The notes under the pieces are model-generated. The model did not search any database. It was not told the DNA's origin and worked only from the letters and a program-made list of their open reading frames with translations. DNA of 64,000 bases from Laetmonice hystrix (taxonomy: Eukaryota), in the NCBI GenBank assembly GCA_965235115.1, contig OZ249436.1, forward strand, positions 47,618,001-47,682,000, read 5' to 3'. Of the stretch, positions 27,746-41,001 are shown in pieces. Every line of letters begins with the position of its first letter. The first letter of the stretch is position 1. A program made the translations under genes and the position numbers.

Positions 27746-28201
27746 TCACCACACTGTCCAACAAAGGAGATATAAATCAAGGAATCAATCTCGAAAACCA
27801 AACCATTCAAAACGTCTGGCCTCACCCATTGTGCACCATTGGTGCATCATGCCCTCTGGAATTACAGTAGGCCGTATTTTGCTACGACCTGAGCTAAGAT
27901 GAATTTCACCAAGAAACCTAACCGTTTATTTTGCCGACAGTCACATCGCCATTTCTTCCATTATTCTCATATATGAGTAAATATCAGACTTGGAGAGGCA
28001 ATAATACTCCGCTCTAAAGGCAAAAATTCTGTCTATATAACGTCCAATCCCTGTGTTTTTATAACCTATCTGTTCCAATCGAGCACAGTGGCAGTCTATC
28101 CTATAGGTAATGAGTATTAGAGGATATGTATATATTATACGATCCCACTGCCGTGGGTCTCAAGTACTTGGTAAAGCCCCTAGCATAATATATGAAATAC
28201 C

Positions 28202-28625
28202 CCTGATTATCCACCTCCATAATCCGCCCCCCCCCCAAAAAAAAATCCTGATTATCCACCTCCATAATACCCAAAACAAATGATCCATCCATAATACCCA
28301 AAACAAATATTCCTGATTATCCACCTCCATAATACCAAAAACAAATGTTCCATCCATAATACCCAAAACAGATGTTCCTGATTATCCACCTCCATAATAC
28401 CCAAAACAAATGTTCCATCCATAATACCAAAATCAAATATTCCTGATTATCCACCTCCATAATACCCAAAACAAATATTCCTGATTATCCACCTCCATAA
28501 TACCAAAAACAAATGTTCCATCCATAATACCCAAAACAGATGTTCCTGATTATCCACCTCCATAATACCCAAAACAAATGTTCCTGATTCTCCACCTCCA
28601 TAATACCAAAAACAAATGTTCCAGA
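28202..28625. repeat. Composite array, ~39- and ~27-bp units
   Basis: TCCTGATTATCCACCTCCATAATACCCAAAACAAAT repeated. Confidence 0.9.
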
Positions 28626-28685
28626 TGCGATATTTTGACATACTCTACTCGAGCTGAAAATGCTTGGTCATGTACATTCACGCCA

Positions 28686-28770
28686 CCGGATGTGACGTCA
28701 TCACGAAGGGCCCAATCTTTCAGCAGGTGACCGGATGTGACGTCATCACGAAGCGGTCAATCTTTCAGCA
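28686..28770 (+). promoter_or_regulatory. Duplicated ETS-CRE composite motif
   Basis: CCGGATGTGACGTCA at 28686 and 28731 (45-bp duplication). Confidence 0.35.
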
Positions 28771-30214
28771 GGTATTGCATCACCTTGTTTACAGCAGAAG
28801 GCAGTTCCGCTTTCAACGCCGCCCCACATAGGCATTACATAATACACATGAAGGCCAGAGCCCCGACTTATATAATCACTTGAGTTTGTTGTTCCGGTTC
28901 CCGGGGACACGCTAACCTACCCACAGACACTGATAAATTGAGCCCGGGACTCCTCCAATCATGTAAATATTTGATATAGTCTGAACTGAATATAAGAAGC
29001 CATTTGAAATAGAGTTCGTGCTGCCTAGGTGTTGTCATCTAGTTTTATTGACCTGGCTGTATGGATTGAATTCACTGTGAATGACCTGGATTCACTGTTA
29101 TTGACTTACGTGGATGGAACACACAAAAACACATGCTCCTGTTTTGGTGATCCCGCATGTGTCTCCAACCGAATACACAGAACAGATAACTCGGTACGCT
29201 TTCAATGATTCCAGTGTGGTTAATGATGGACAAAACTGTCAGGGCAGGTAAAGAAAAGATCAGGACCGTAACTTCATTTCTGTTTACGATTTCTGATTGG
29301 TGGGTCACGTGTATGAAACCAGCCAATCAGGAGCCCTCATCGGAACGCGAGAAACGATCCTAACCTTTTCTAATCGTGGCCTTGATAAGTTTGATCTTGG
29401 TGACGAAACATGACGAACAATACAGTGGCTGAAACTGAATGGTGTGGTACACTGCTGTGGTGCACTGCTGTGGTGCACTGCTGTGGTGCACTGCAGTGGG
29501 CGGCAAGCTTTCGCGCTGCTGTATGTCTTTCACAATGTGCAAACAACAAGGTAACACAATGGAAAACAACAACAAAACACAGAAATAGGAACGACAGGAA
29601 AACAGCAATTCATGCAGGTCAGCGCTGTGCCGTCATTCAAACATGCAGGTGGAGAAAAACTCACACAAGTCATGCACAACCTCTTTTCTTTTCTTTCTTT
29701 GTGTGATTCTTGTCGTTTTCAGTGTATTTTGTATTTCACCTGCTGTAAACATCGTCAGAATACTGTTCGTTTTCAGTATCATTTCTATTTGTACTCTTGT
29801 AAGTGCTGCATTGGAAACTGTGAAAAGGACTGCCTTGGTGACCGTGAAAGGCAGTGAACTCAAACAGCATCAAATGTCTCTTTAATTAACATGTTGTCAA
29901 ATAAATTATTGCTTCCAGACCTCGCCGTCCACCTCGTTATCACAACTGACAAAAGCCTCTAGAATTTTGCACCGCATGCGAAACCCTTGCCAAAGAAAAT
30001 TATGACAACAAAACCTCATCAACAACTCCATATCCAAGTACAAATACTGGCAGGCCAGGGAGTTATTAGTAGTAGGACTGGGAAGGAGGAAACACAAGCC
30101 CAACACACAGGGTTTCACACTACCAAGACTGAGCCAACACTTACGTCTGGCGACTTTGAATGTTTAAAGGAACATGGTATCGAGACGATGCTTGCTGCTG
30201 GTACCTAGAAACGG

Positions 30215-30490
30215 GAACGGAGGTGACACAGGCCCTTTAATAACAGAACGGTGGTGACATACACCCTTTAATAACAGAACGACGGGGACATACTCCCTTT
30301 AATAGCAGAACGGAGGAGACATACACCCTTTAATAACGAACAGTGGAGACATCCCCCCTTTAATAACAGAATGAAGGGGACATACACCATTTAATAAGAG
30401 AATGGAGGTGATATACACCCTTTAATAACAGAACGAAGGGGGCATACCCCCTTTAATAACAGGACGGAGGTGACGTCACCTCTTTAAGAA
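30215..30490. repeat. Diverged array, ~31-bp unit, ~9 copies
   Basis: AACAGAACGGAGGTGACATACACCCTTTAAT variants. Confidence 0.85.
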
Positions 30491-31721
30491 GATACACCAT
30501 TTCAGGGCATAACCATGCTAAATGATAAACCACGGTAGAATGAAAATATGACCACATATTGTTCATAATGACGTTAACATGCAGGTCAAACAGGATACTG
30601 ATGACATATCGTACTATGTGCTGTGGTAACCGTTAGCTGACCCCAGTCTATACACTGGATTGTAAATAACGTGCAAGCCGAATGGCCTTCTTAATCCAAT
30701 AATCCCCTCTTTATATCAGCCCTCTACTTTAGGCCCTCTTTCCCCTGGACTACTTTAGCGTGAGGTTACCGTAATACGAGTCAGAAAAAGCTATTAATGA
30801 AAAGGAAGCCATTTCTTTCACTTTGAAATCGTATAAGAACATTGTTATAAAGCAGCTATATGGGAGGCGTCACTCTTAATCAATTTTACTTCATAGATGT
30901 TCCTATTTCTAAAGACTAAATTGTTAAAGGATATATCCTACTTCTCTCCCTCCCTCATTTTTCTTTACTGGTAGATAATATTGAAGTCATTAAAAGATTA
31001 TATTGTCATTATTATCTTCGATCTATAGCTACAACCTTTTTACAGATTTTTACAGATAATCTGTCCTCATACCATGCCCGTATAGATGATGCCCAAAACG
31101 AGTAATAAATTATTCAAATCCACATTCTCTCCCATCCATCCCCTGGCCAATATAAAAACGACCTTGGACGTCATATGTGGTCCTGACTGGAGGTAGGCAA
31201 GCTGTCAGTCCGCCTGACTCCCAGCTTGCTATCATAAAGTATTCATGTCATTACAACGAGGGTCGTGTAAGCTGCAGCTGGTGCCTTATGTCGTATGACA
31301 GGACCATCTCCTCAGTCTCTCTGTGTGTGCAACTCTAGTCTGACATCTGGACCACTCTTTGAATACTTAACATCTGGGTTAAGCTTAGACTTCAAGCTTC
31401 TGATTGGTTCGTCTGCAACTGCCTTGCTTAAATCAGTGGCCAGCAGCCAATCAAGAGGCGTGAAACGTAAACTTCAAGATTTTAAATTATAAAGATCCAC
31501 GGGATCTAGTAGACTGTCGGTTCTGGAGACCCAACCCTCTCTTAGCTATTTATCCCGTAATGCCATCACACCTGAGTCTAGTGTTTCCATTCTAGTTCTC
31601 AGGGCTATCAATCTTCAACAGATTCGGGATACGACCATATTTGACATTGAGACACCCAACTTGATACTACCACCTCACAACTCCAGCCGAGGTGCCTGTT
31701 CAACCTGCGGGTAGGACTGAT

Positions 31722-32200
31722 CACTGACGCTCTGTGATTGGTGGGGTCATAGCGCCACTGACGCTCTGTGATTGGTGGGGTCATAGCGCCACTGACGCTA
31801 TGTGATTGGTGGGGTCATAGCGCCACTGACGCTCTGTGATTGGTGGGGTCATAGCGCCACTGACGCTCTGTGATTGGTGGGGTCATAGCGCCACTGACGC
31901 TCTGTGATTGGTGGGGTCATAGCGCCACTGACGCTATGTGATTGGTGGGGTCATAGCGCCACTGACGCTCTGTGATTGGTGGGGTCATAGCGCCACTGAC
32001 GCTCTGTGATTGGTGGGGTCATAGCGCCACTGACGCTCTGTGATTGGTGGGATCATAGCGCCACTGACGCTCTGTGATTGGTGGGGTCATAGCGCCACTG
32101 ACGCTCTGTGATTGGTGGGGTCATAGCGCCGCTGACGCTCTGTGATTGGTGGGGTCATAGCGCCACTGACGCTCTGCGATTGGTGGGGTCATAGCGCCAC
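31722..32200. repeat. Tandem array, 34-bp unit, ~14 copies
   Basis: CACTGACGCTCTGTGATTGGTGGGGTCATAGCGC. Confidence 0.95.
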
Positions 32201-32768
32201 GCCCTGACGCCAGCAGTGGTAATCCCATGATCCCTGACAATACATGGGCTGGTGATTTCCCGATGGTTCCTGAATTCAAACCATGGATTTCTCTCACTCC
32301 GACACTCGGCACTGATAGCGAGCAAATATTGAACCAGTTTGAAAACTTGGGCGCCTTGTACAAAGGATTCCATGTTTGGATTGCAAAAGCAAACGACGTA
32401 CCGTAATTTCGCGATCCACACACCTTTGATGTGCAATATGTGTGTTTTGTGATATCAAACTTAGAACAACACTTTTGATGCCTTTTGCCATCCGAGTTTT
32501 CGAGCGATGCGATTGAACCGCGTCAGCGTTTCTGCAAAGCTCTCACTAAACTTAAATATTAGTCGTACAGCAGACTGGACAGCCTCGGCTTATTCTTTCC
32601 AGATCCCAATTAAACTTTTCTCCCCTTTCGAAAAACAAAAATTTCAAATTCCCCATGTGGTGGCGTTTGTTCTGGTCATACATTGCGTGAACGATCCCGT
32701 GATGGCGATTATTCGATAGTCTCGACCTAATCCGTCGAGATCCCGGATGTTCTCCCGTATATACTCAC

Positions 32769-32791
32769 CTGTTATCTTGTTCTGTTCTCAT
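32769..32791 (-). CDS. Candidate coding end of an alternative first exon (MRTEQDN+AG, phase 2)
   Basis: ACCATG context, in-frame TAG upstream, consensus donor CAG|GTGAGT; phase matches the big exon and the microexon. Confidence 0.35.
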
Positions 32792-32950
32792 GGTAACGTA
32801 ATCCTACTGGACGCCCATTTCTACCGTCACCATAGAGACCTCTTGCAACCCCTGACACCCAGGCACACTGTCGTCAACCTGTTGCCACTGTGTCTAACAG
32901 TTCTCCGACGTGTGAACATTCTCTCATCTCCCTGGCAACGACTCCTCACA

Positions 32951-32985
32951 GCCCCGCCCTATAAACCTTTACTTTATATGCAAAT
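32951..32985 (-). promoter_or_regulatory. Putative internal promoter: octamer ATTTGCAT overlapping TATAAA, followed by GC box GGGCGGGG
   Basis: Minus strand reads ATTTGCATATAAAGTAAAGGTTTATAGGGCGGGGC, ~200 nt upstream of the donor at 32768. Confidence 0.35.
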
Positions 32986-33309
32986 CCCCTCACAGGGTCC
33001 CTGATTGCACATTTAACACCCCCTGACCATTCTGCTCAGTCCCCGATACGCTGATAGCACAGGACACGTATATACACACGAACCCCGAGCAGGACATATA
33101 TATTGTTACTTCCAATCAAGCCACCATCTGACACATATATATCGGACTCCGCGCAAGAATAGAATTACAAGATTCAAGAAGGGCACTTACTGTTTTCCTT
33201 CATGGCGGCTGGCATTGGTTGGAATAGAAGGGGAAAGAACGGTAAACGGTGTTTTATAGGTGGACGGGCTGAAATATCAGGGGAAGACAGAGTTAGGAAC
33301 CTTCATATA

Positions 33310-33692
33310 CAGGGTGTCGCAACAAAAATGTCCACGCCAAACCAGGCAAACTAAGAATCTATGTTACCCCGGATCCTGATGGGGAATCTTCTTACGTGAA
33401 AAAGTCTTTATTTCATCAAAATCAGTCAAGCAAATCAAAGGTTATGCCATTGTTGGTGCAGCAAAGTAACACCCTAGTTCATTAGCCAGATCTCATTATC
33501 TGACAGCAAGAACTGGCCGCTGTAAAAAGAGACAAATACTTCGCTCCACCAAAAACGGCATAACTTTTGATTTGCTGGACTGATTTTGATGAATTAAAGA
33601 CTATTTTTCATGTAAGAAGATTGCCTATCAGGATATGGAGGCCTAACCTAGGTTCTGAGATTGCCTAGTGTCGCCCAATTTGGGACACCCTG
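33310..33692. mobile_element. Foldback MITE, Tc1/mariner-like
   Basis: TA|CAGGGTGTC ... GACACCCTG|TA; arms are ~150-bp imperfect inverted repeats (e.g. TTCATCAAAATCAGTCAAGCAAATCAAAGGTTATGCC vs GGCATAACTTTTGATTTGCTGGACTGATTTTGATGAA). Confidence 0.8.
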
Positions 33693-34369
33693 TATACATG
33701 TATACAGGACTTGGACGGGCTCTCAATACGACGGGCTGTAATATCTGACAGACGGAGAGCCACGGAGAGTTAGGAGCCTCCATATAGACGACTTAGTCAG
33801 GAGAGATTCCCAAGTATTGGAAGCTCGCTATACCGAATACTGATATCCTAGAACAAATCTGTATCAATACAAACGCCATTCTCGATGGAAATGTTCCCCT
33901 ATAAACATGACTAAGGACACCGTGGACGGGATAAACGGGATACTTTGGTATCTGACTTTATCCTCCGTATCCCACCGAGGGATGAAGTTTTATTACGTTG
34001 TTACGGTACACTGATCAGTCCTTCATTTATTGACAATCTACAAATATGAGCGCCAGTCTGTCAGCTGTCCCAATACGACGAGAAACCTGTTACCATATGA
34101 CATCATGAAAACTATTCTGAGAAATGTGAACGTACAATTTAAAGTCTAGACTCTCCGGGTCAGAAATAATCTTCTCAAATACAGGGTGTCCAGCAGTTAA
34201 ATCAAAAAATATTATAGGAATATAGGAATTTTCCAATCAAAATTATAGGAATATATTGGGACAATTTTGGTCATTTTCTCGGAAAATATAGCAAGATGGA
34301 GGTACATGGTAGCTTCTAAAATGGGATATATACACATTTGTGTACATTCAATAAGGTCTCCACCATCCC

Positions 34370-35032
34370 TAACGTCACAGGACCCTAATTCGCCACCAAA
34401 AACGATATATTTACTCATAATTGAACAATTATTTAAGTCATGATGCCAAGCAACCGTTTCAAACAAGCTGTCCATCTGCCGGGATGTTTCATTGGAAAAC
34501 TAAGTTATTCCACCCCCTACTGGGGGGAACCCAGGGAGGGGTTATTATTCCAGTCAGGGTTACTCCAATTGGCAAGATCAGTACCCTAATTCGCCATTTT
34601 AATTACACTAATTAACCCCCCCCCTCGACATAGGTTTTAAAAAAATGGTTAATTTTCAATTTTAATTTTTTTGCATTTTGGTACTCTGGCACCAGGTAAT
34701 ATATAAGGGGATGGGACAGGGGTATTGGGGTGATCAAGGGCATAGGGGTGGACTGGGTGGCTGAAACTGAAAGCAGGGGCACACCTAGCAGGTCTCAGGC
34801 CCCCTTGAAATTTTACTTTCCACATAGTTTCCTGAATGGACTGTTGTACCCCATTTTCCAAGTCTTAAACCTTCCAAAATGATATCATGGATCCTCGCAC
34901 ATCTCAGCTATGTGTTTGTTTTATGTAGAATGTTATATCTAAATATTCTTTACAACACGGGACAAGTATTTGCAGAAAAAGCTACGTCATGGCGAATTAG
35001 GGTAGCCGGCGAATTAGGGTCCTGTGACGTTA
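34370..35032. mobile_element. Non-autonomous DNA transposon with perfect 25-bp TIRs
   Basis: TAACGTCACAGGACCCTAATTCGCC at 34370-34394 and exact reverse complement at 35008-35032; internal partial TIR copies; flanks CATCCC/CATCCT. Confidence 0.8.
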
Positions 35033-35356
35033 CATCCTTCCCTGCCCATCACTTCTTCATACACATAAACTTGATAAACGAGGATCAGATATAAACAACC
35101 AAAATGGGGTTGAATCTATGTGTCACGCTTGCAGAAATGTTCAAATATAGGAGGAATTTTCTCTAAATATAGGAATTTATAGGATGATCAGAAAATGTAG
35201 GCATTTATAGTAAATATAGGAGTGCTGGGCTCCAGTCTGTCAGTTCTCTGAATTAAAAGTCTAGACTCTCCTGATCAGAAACAATCCAAAACTCCTCAAA
35301 TACGACGACCCGCTCCAACAGAAGAGACCAGTGTGCTAACATTCCCACGAAATATC

Positions 35357-35900
35357 GGGGCAGGGATTAAGGTTAGGGTCAGGGCAGGGATTAAGGTTAG
35401 GGTCAGGGCAGGGATTAGGGTTAGGGTCAGGGCAGGGATTAAGGTTAGGGTCAGGACAGGGATTAAGGTTAGGGTCAGGGCAGGGATTAGGGTTAGGGTC
35501 AGGACAGGGATTAGGGTTAGGGGCAGGGCAGTGATTAGGGTTAGGGGCAGGGCAGGGATTAAGGTTAGGGGGCAGGGACTAATGTTAGGGTCAGAGCAGG
35601 GATTAAGGTTAGGGTCAGGGCAGGGACTAAGGTTAGGGTCAGGGCAGGGATTAAGGTTAGGGTCAGGGCAGGGACTAAGGTTAGGGTCAGGGCAGGGATT
35701 AAGGTTAGGGTCAGGGCAGGGATTAAGGTTAAGGTCAGGGCAGGGACTAAGGTTAGGGTCAGGGCAGGGATTAAGGTTAGGGTCAGGGCAGGGATTAAGG
35801 TGGGATTAAGGTTAGGGTCAGGACATGCAGGTATTAAGGTTAGGGTCAGGGCAGGGATTAAGGTTAGGGTCAGGGCAGGGATTAAGGTTAGTGTCAGGGC
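35357..35900. repeat. Telomere-like G-rich array, 24-bp unit, ~22 copies
   Basis: GGGCAGGGATTAAGGTTAGGGTCA. Confidence 0.95.
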
Positions 35901-36018
35901 AAGAAACATAGATCTTTTCTTCTTCCCCCTAGATTTCATGTGGCTATTACCACGGAGAATCGACCAGTCACGGTGCCCATCCATACCGACTCAGGTTTAA
36001 CGGTGTCTTCAGCCCGGG

Positions 36019-36552
36019 ATAATTCCAGGTTTTCTCCTCCTTTAATTGCCGTTAACACGTCATGCCGACAGCCTACTGGCCAGGTATATTTTTTTCCTAG
36101 ATTTAATTCCAGGTTTTCTCCATTCTCCTTTAATTGCCGTTAGCACGTCATGCCGACAGCCTACTGGCCAGGTATATTTTTTTCCTAGATTTAATTCCAG
36201 GTTTTCTCCATTCTCCTTTAATTGCCGTTAACACGTCATGCCGACAGCCTACTGCCCAGGTATATTTTTTTTCCTAGATTTAATTCCAGGTTTTCTCCAT
36301 TCTCCTTTAATTGCCGTTAACACGTCATGCCGACAGCCTACTGCCCAGGTATATTTTTTTTCCTAGATTTAATTCCAGGTTTTCTCCATTCTCCTTTAAT
36401 TGCCGTTAACACGTCATGCCGACAGCCTACTGCCCAGGTATATTTTTTTTCCTAGATTTAATTCCAGGTTTTCTCCATTCTCCTTTAATTGCCGTTAACA
36501 CGTCATGCCGACAGCCTACTGCCCAGGTATATTTTTTTCCTAGGTTTAATTC
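36019..36552. repeat. Tandem array, ~88-bp unit, ~6 copies
   Basis: TAATTCCAGGTTTTCTCCATTCTCCTTTAATTGCCG... Confidence 0.95.
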
Positions 36553-38044
36553 CTTGGTTGCCGCATGATTTCCTACTGATGATGCAAGGAAATTACACAT
36601 TGATTTTCATTCGAGCCTTGGGCCATGGCGGGCGGTAGAGGGGAGGGGGGTTGAGGGGGGGTTGAGGGGGGGGGGGTGAGGGGGGGGGTTGAGGGAGGAG
36701 TGTCCCCGGACTTACGGACCTTTTTAATGACATGTGGATCGTTTTGGTCCTTACAGAAGCATTATCACTTAAAATACGTTTGAAGGACACGTTAACCTTG
36801 CCATCACTGATCTACTAGTCCACTGAGGGCTATCTAGATACATAATTTAACTCTGTCACTTTACGGTCATTGAGAATATTGAGCTATAGATTGGCTAGAA
36901 CCCATCTTCTCAAGCCTCCTGAATTTAAATCTGGCACACTTTGCCACTGGGCGACCACATGGAGCAGCAGAGTGCAGCAACGGTAGCAGGACTGGTCATG
37001 CACTCTGGTGGAGAACAGGAACACTAAAATACCCGAGATATTTAAAACGGCTCGACGATGAATTAGCCAAGTCATGAAGTAAAACTTCAAATATAATTAT
37101 TTATTTCAAACATAATAAAAAATCCATATTATGTCAGATTTTAAAAAGTGATGGGGCATTATTGTTGATTAAATCAAATGAACTCCCGTACCCTTACAAA
37201 GAGACACTCCGTCCATTTAATTACGAATCTAGTGGTTTGATTCCGTCTAGAAAGTAGCCGATTGAAGAGGGGCTCCCTTACAAGTCCTAGCCTTGGACAT
37301 AATTGTTACGAGACCGCCCAACAGAGTTCAACGGACTTTCTGACTACCTGCTACTCCACCTGGTGTACAACACAAACACTATTACATTTTATTGAGTCCC
37401 TCTGGCGGCAACAATTGTTGAGCTCAGATCATAAATGGATCAATCCTCTTGGCAGAACTCTTTTATAAACAAACTCATAGTTACCCCTTGTCATTATGCT
37501 AACGTAATACTAATATTATACCTTCGTGTCACTTACCGATGTCGGTAAAAATAAGTTTTTCTCAAATGAGTAACATCATTAAAACTAAACAAACTTTAAT
37601 AAAAATGCCAAGCAACTTTAAAATTTCAAACATCGACATAGAAAGGTGTGTCCTTTGTCACATGGCGATAATTCTTTTTCTTTTGTACATTTACACATAA
37701 AACATCTGTAATACTCATATAACATCGGAACCTTTCAAGTTAATATGTTTACTTGGAGAGTCTGCAGGAAGCGGTAATTCTCAATACGGCAGATCTATAT
37801 TGACGCCTCCTATATTTGACGTATTACCGACAATTAACCTTTACAGGGGTCACCCCAGTGCCGTCTGTTATCTACATGAATAATGTATATTCCACAGCGT
37901 GGCTGAAATATGGGCGAGATTGTACCCTTGCGTCACTCCCGGAGACGGAACGCCCCCTACCAACGAGCAGTTAGCAAATCAGTATTCATCCACTGACCCA
38001 GGGTCAATCGGACATTGAAGAACTTATATAACCTCGTAACCTCG

Positions 38045-39148
38045 GTGGTGGTCATATTCTACTTGTCAATGTATGTAGTATTATGATACTAACATATTCC
38101 CAGTACCTCAAACCGCAGGGCGGCGTGGTGGTGGTGGTCATATTCTACTTGTCAATGTATGTAGTATTATGATACTAACATATTCCCAGTACCTCAAACC
38201 GCAGGGCGGCGTGGTGGTGGTGGTCATATTCTACTTGTCAATGTATGTAGTATTATGATACTAACATATTCCCAGTACCTCAAACCGCAGGGCGGCGTGG
38301 TGGTGGTGGTCATATTCTACTTGTCAATGTATGTAGTATTATGATACTAACATATTCCCAGTACCTCAAACCGCAGGGCGGCGTGGTGGTGGTGGTCATA
38401 TTCTACTTGTCAATGTATGTAGTATTATGATACTAACATATTCCCAGTACCTCAAACCGCAGGGCGGCGTGGTGGTGGTGGTCATATTCTACTTGTCAAT
38501 GTATGTAGTATTATGATACTAACATATTCCCAGTACCTCAAACCGCAGGGCAGCGTGGTGGTGGTGGTCATATTCTACTTGTCAATGTATGTAGTATTAT
38601 GATACTAACATATTCCCAGTACCTCAAACCGCAGGGCGGCGTGGTGGTGGTGGTCATATTCTACTTGTCAATGTATGTAGTATTATGATACTAACATATT
38701 CCCAGTACCTCAAACCGCAGGGCGGCGTGGTGGTGGTGGTCATATTCTACTTGTCAATGTATGTAGTATTATGATACTAACATATTCCCAGTACCTCAAA
38801 CCGCAGGGCGGCGTGGTGGTGGTGGTCATATTCTACTTGTCAATGTATGTAGTATTATGATACTAACATATTCCCAGTACCTCAAACCGCAGGGCGGCGT
38901 GGTGGTGGTGGTCATATTCTACTTGTCAATGTATGTAGTATTATGATACTAACATACTCCCAGTACCTCAAACTGCAGGGCGGCGTGGTGGTGGTGGTCA
39001 TATTCTACTTGTCAATGTATGTAGTATTATGATACTAACATACTCCCAGTACCTCAAACCTCGGGGCGGCGTGGTGGTGGTGGTGGTCATATTCTACTTG
39101 TCAATGTATGTATAAAGTTTTATGATACTAATTAACATACTCCCAGTA
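38045..39148. repeat. Tandem array, 86-bp unit, ~13 near-identical copies
   Basis: GTGGTGGTGGTGGTCATATTCTACTTGTCAATG... Confidence 0.95.
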
Positions 39149-39187
39149 CAGGGATATGTTCTGTCCCTCTGTCCGGGCTGCCATTTT

Positions 39188-39323
39188 GGGGCGGACCATT
39201 TGATACCGGGGGGGGGGGGGGGCCTATGGTTTTTCTTCATGACTCCCCCGGCCAAAACTATCCTCTTTTTTCGCTATGACCATTAATAAAACTATCTTTC
39301 CCCCATGGCTACTGGTCCGCCCC
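39188..39323. mobile_element. Small Harbinger-like MITE
   Basis: 11-bp TIRs GGGGCGGACCA / TGGTCCGCCCC; flanks TTT/TTA. Confidence 0.5.
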
Positions 39324-40819
39324 TTACGGGTTCATTGGATGCGAATACGGGAATCTCAAATAGTCTCCGACTCTGGGGCAGGAGATTATAAAATGATGCT
39401 ATGATAATTTTTTTTAAATTGGGAGAGACTTATAGCAGAAGCTGTGCAACATGCAGTATGTACAACAATACTTGAGACCCAATCGCCAGGATTGTCATCA
39501 GGTCTCTGGTACAGGTGTGAGCGAGAGGGGAGGGGGTTGTCCTGAGGAGATGTGCTGCATACGGCGTGATTTCACAATTCACAATCTCCACAGCCGTTTC
39601 TTTTTTCATACCATGTGATCTCCTCTTAGGGACGCTGTGTCAAGCCTTTGGTAATTCGATTTCAATTTACGGAGGAGAAAACAAAACAAGAAATTCCATA
39701 CCAGTTTTTCCCTCGGGTTCCTCCTCGTTTCCAAGCAGCTGTCTCACACAGATTTACAGAGACGATTTACTGATTTACATAGAAGATTTACTGAGTTACA
39801 GAGACGATTTACTGAGTTACTGAGACGATTGGGTACTGCCTGTGTTCTACCTAATATGATAGATTCCGACAAAAGACCGGGCTATGTGCCATCTGCCCAC
39901 CCCACTCATTCCTAGGAGCACAACTGGTACCCTTTTGCAGGATTCATTTCCATTGTATTTGGCTTCTTCAATTTCCTTTCAAACATGAATACCGTGGCAG
40001 GGCCTCTATTCCGAGGTAATATCGAATTCTGGAGATATTTACCATAAAAACCTCGCACTGAATTATGTTTCGAATCACAAATTATATTTTGTTAATTTGA
40101 AACATCACAAAGGTTCCCCCATGCACTGTCCCTGAGTATTACAATCGCTCGCCTAAATTAGCTCCACATCACTTGGGACTTTTATTCAGATTAAATTCCT
40201 CAGCCGGACGGTCTAATACACACAGAATGCCTCAAGTAGACAGGACCCATTGTGGCTAGGTTTCTACCATTCTCTGCCACAAACACACGAACACTGAAAA
40301 AAACCACACGCGTCAGGGCCTGCCAATCGACATTACTGGCTGCAAAACAACGGGGATACGGACCGGTAGTCCCATGTCCCGGGAGGCCCAGCTCCATGGG
40401 CCGGTAGTCCCATGTCCCGGGCGGCCCAGCTCCACGGGCCGGCAGCCCCGTGGCCCAGCTCCGATGATGACGCCAACATCCTTTTCTCCCCACAATCAAT
40501 GCAGTAGACATCGTTAATGGTGGAGCACGTGCTGAGAATGGTATCTCCGTATCCTCCGCTATGACCGCTGATACCTTGGAAACGTATGTCTGACCCCAAA
40601 AGGTAATAATGTCCTCGCTATATACATTCAATTTACACGGTAACCAGGGACTAGCCCTAAAGACGCCGCTGGCTAAGATGTTTTTGCATACTGAAACACA
40701 CCCGGATTTCTTTAGGGCTGCGGAATCTACGAGTTAGAACAAAAAACGAAATTATAGTAAAAGCTCATATGAGAATGCGCCGACACACAGCAATACAACC
40801 AAGTGTCTGCGGCTAGATC

Positions 40820-41001
40820 TCTGCAGGGCTACCACGGCTCCCGCCACACTGGAGTCACAACTCACTCCTCCAGTACCAGACCTCTCCAGGACTACCACGG
40901 CTCCCGCCACCCTGGAGTCACAACCTACTCCTCCAGTACCAGACCTCTCCAGGACTACCACGGCTCCCGCCACCCTGGAGTCACAACCTACTCCTCCAGT
41001 A
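40820..41001. repeat. Tandem repeat, 63-bp unit, 3 copies
   Basis: CTACCACGGCTCCCGCCAC...CTCCTCCAGTAC. Confidence 0.9.

Noticed and set aside
35357..35900. True telomere or chromosome-fusion site
   Set aside because: Degenerate 24-bp unit, no pure (TTAGGG)n tract or head-to-head junction
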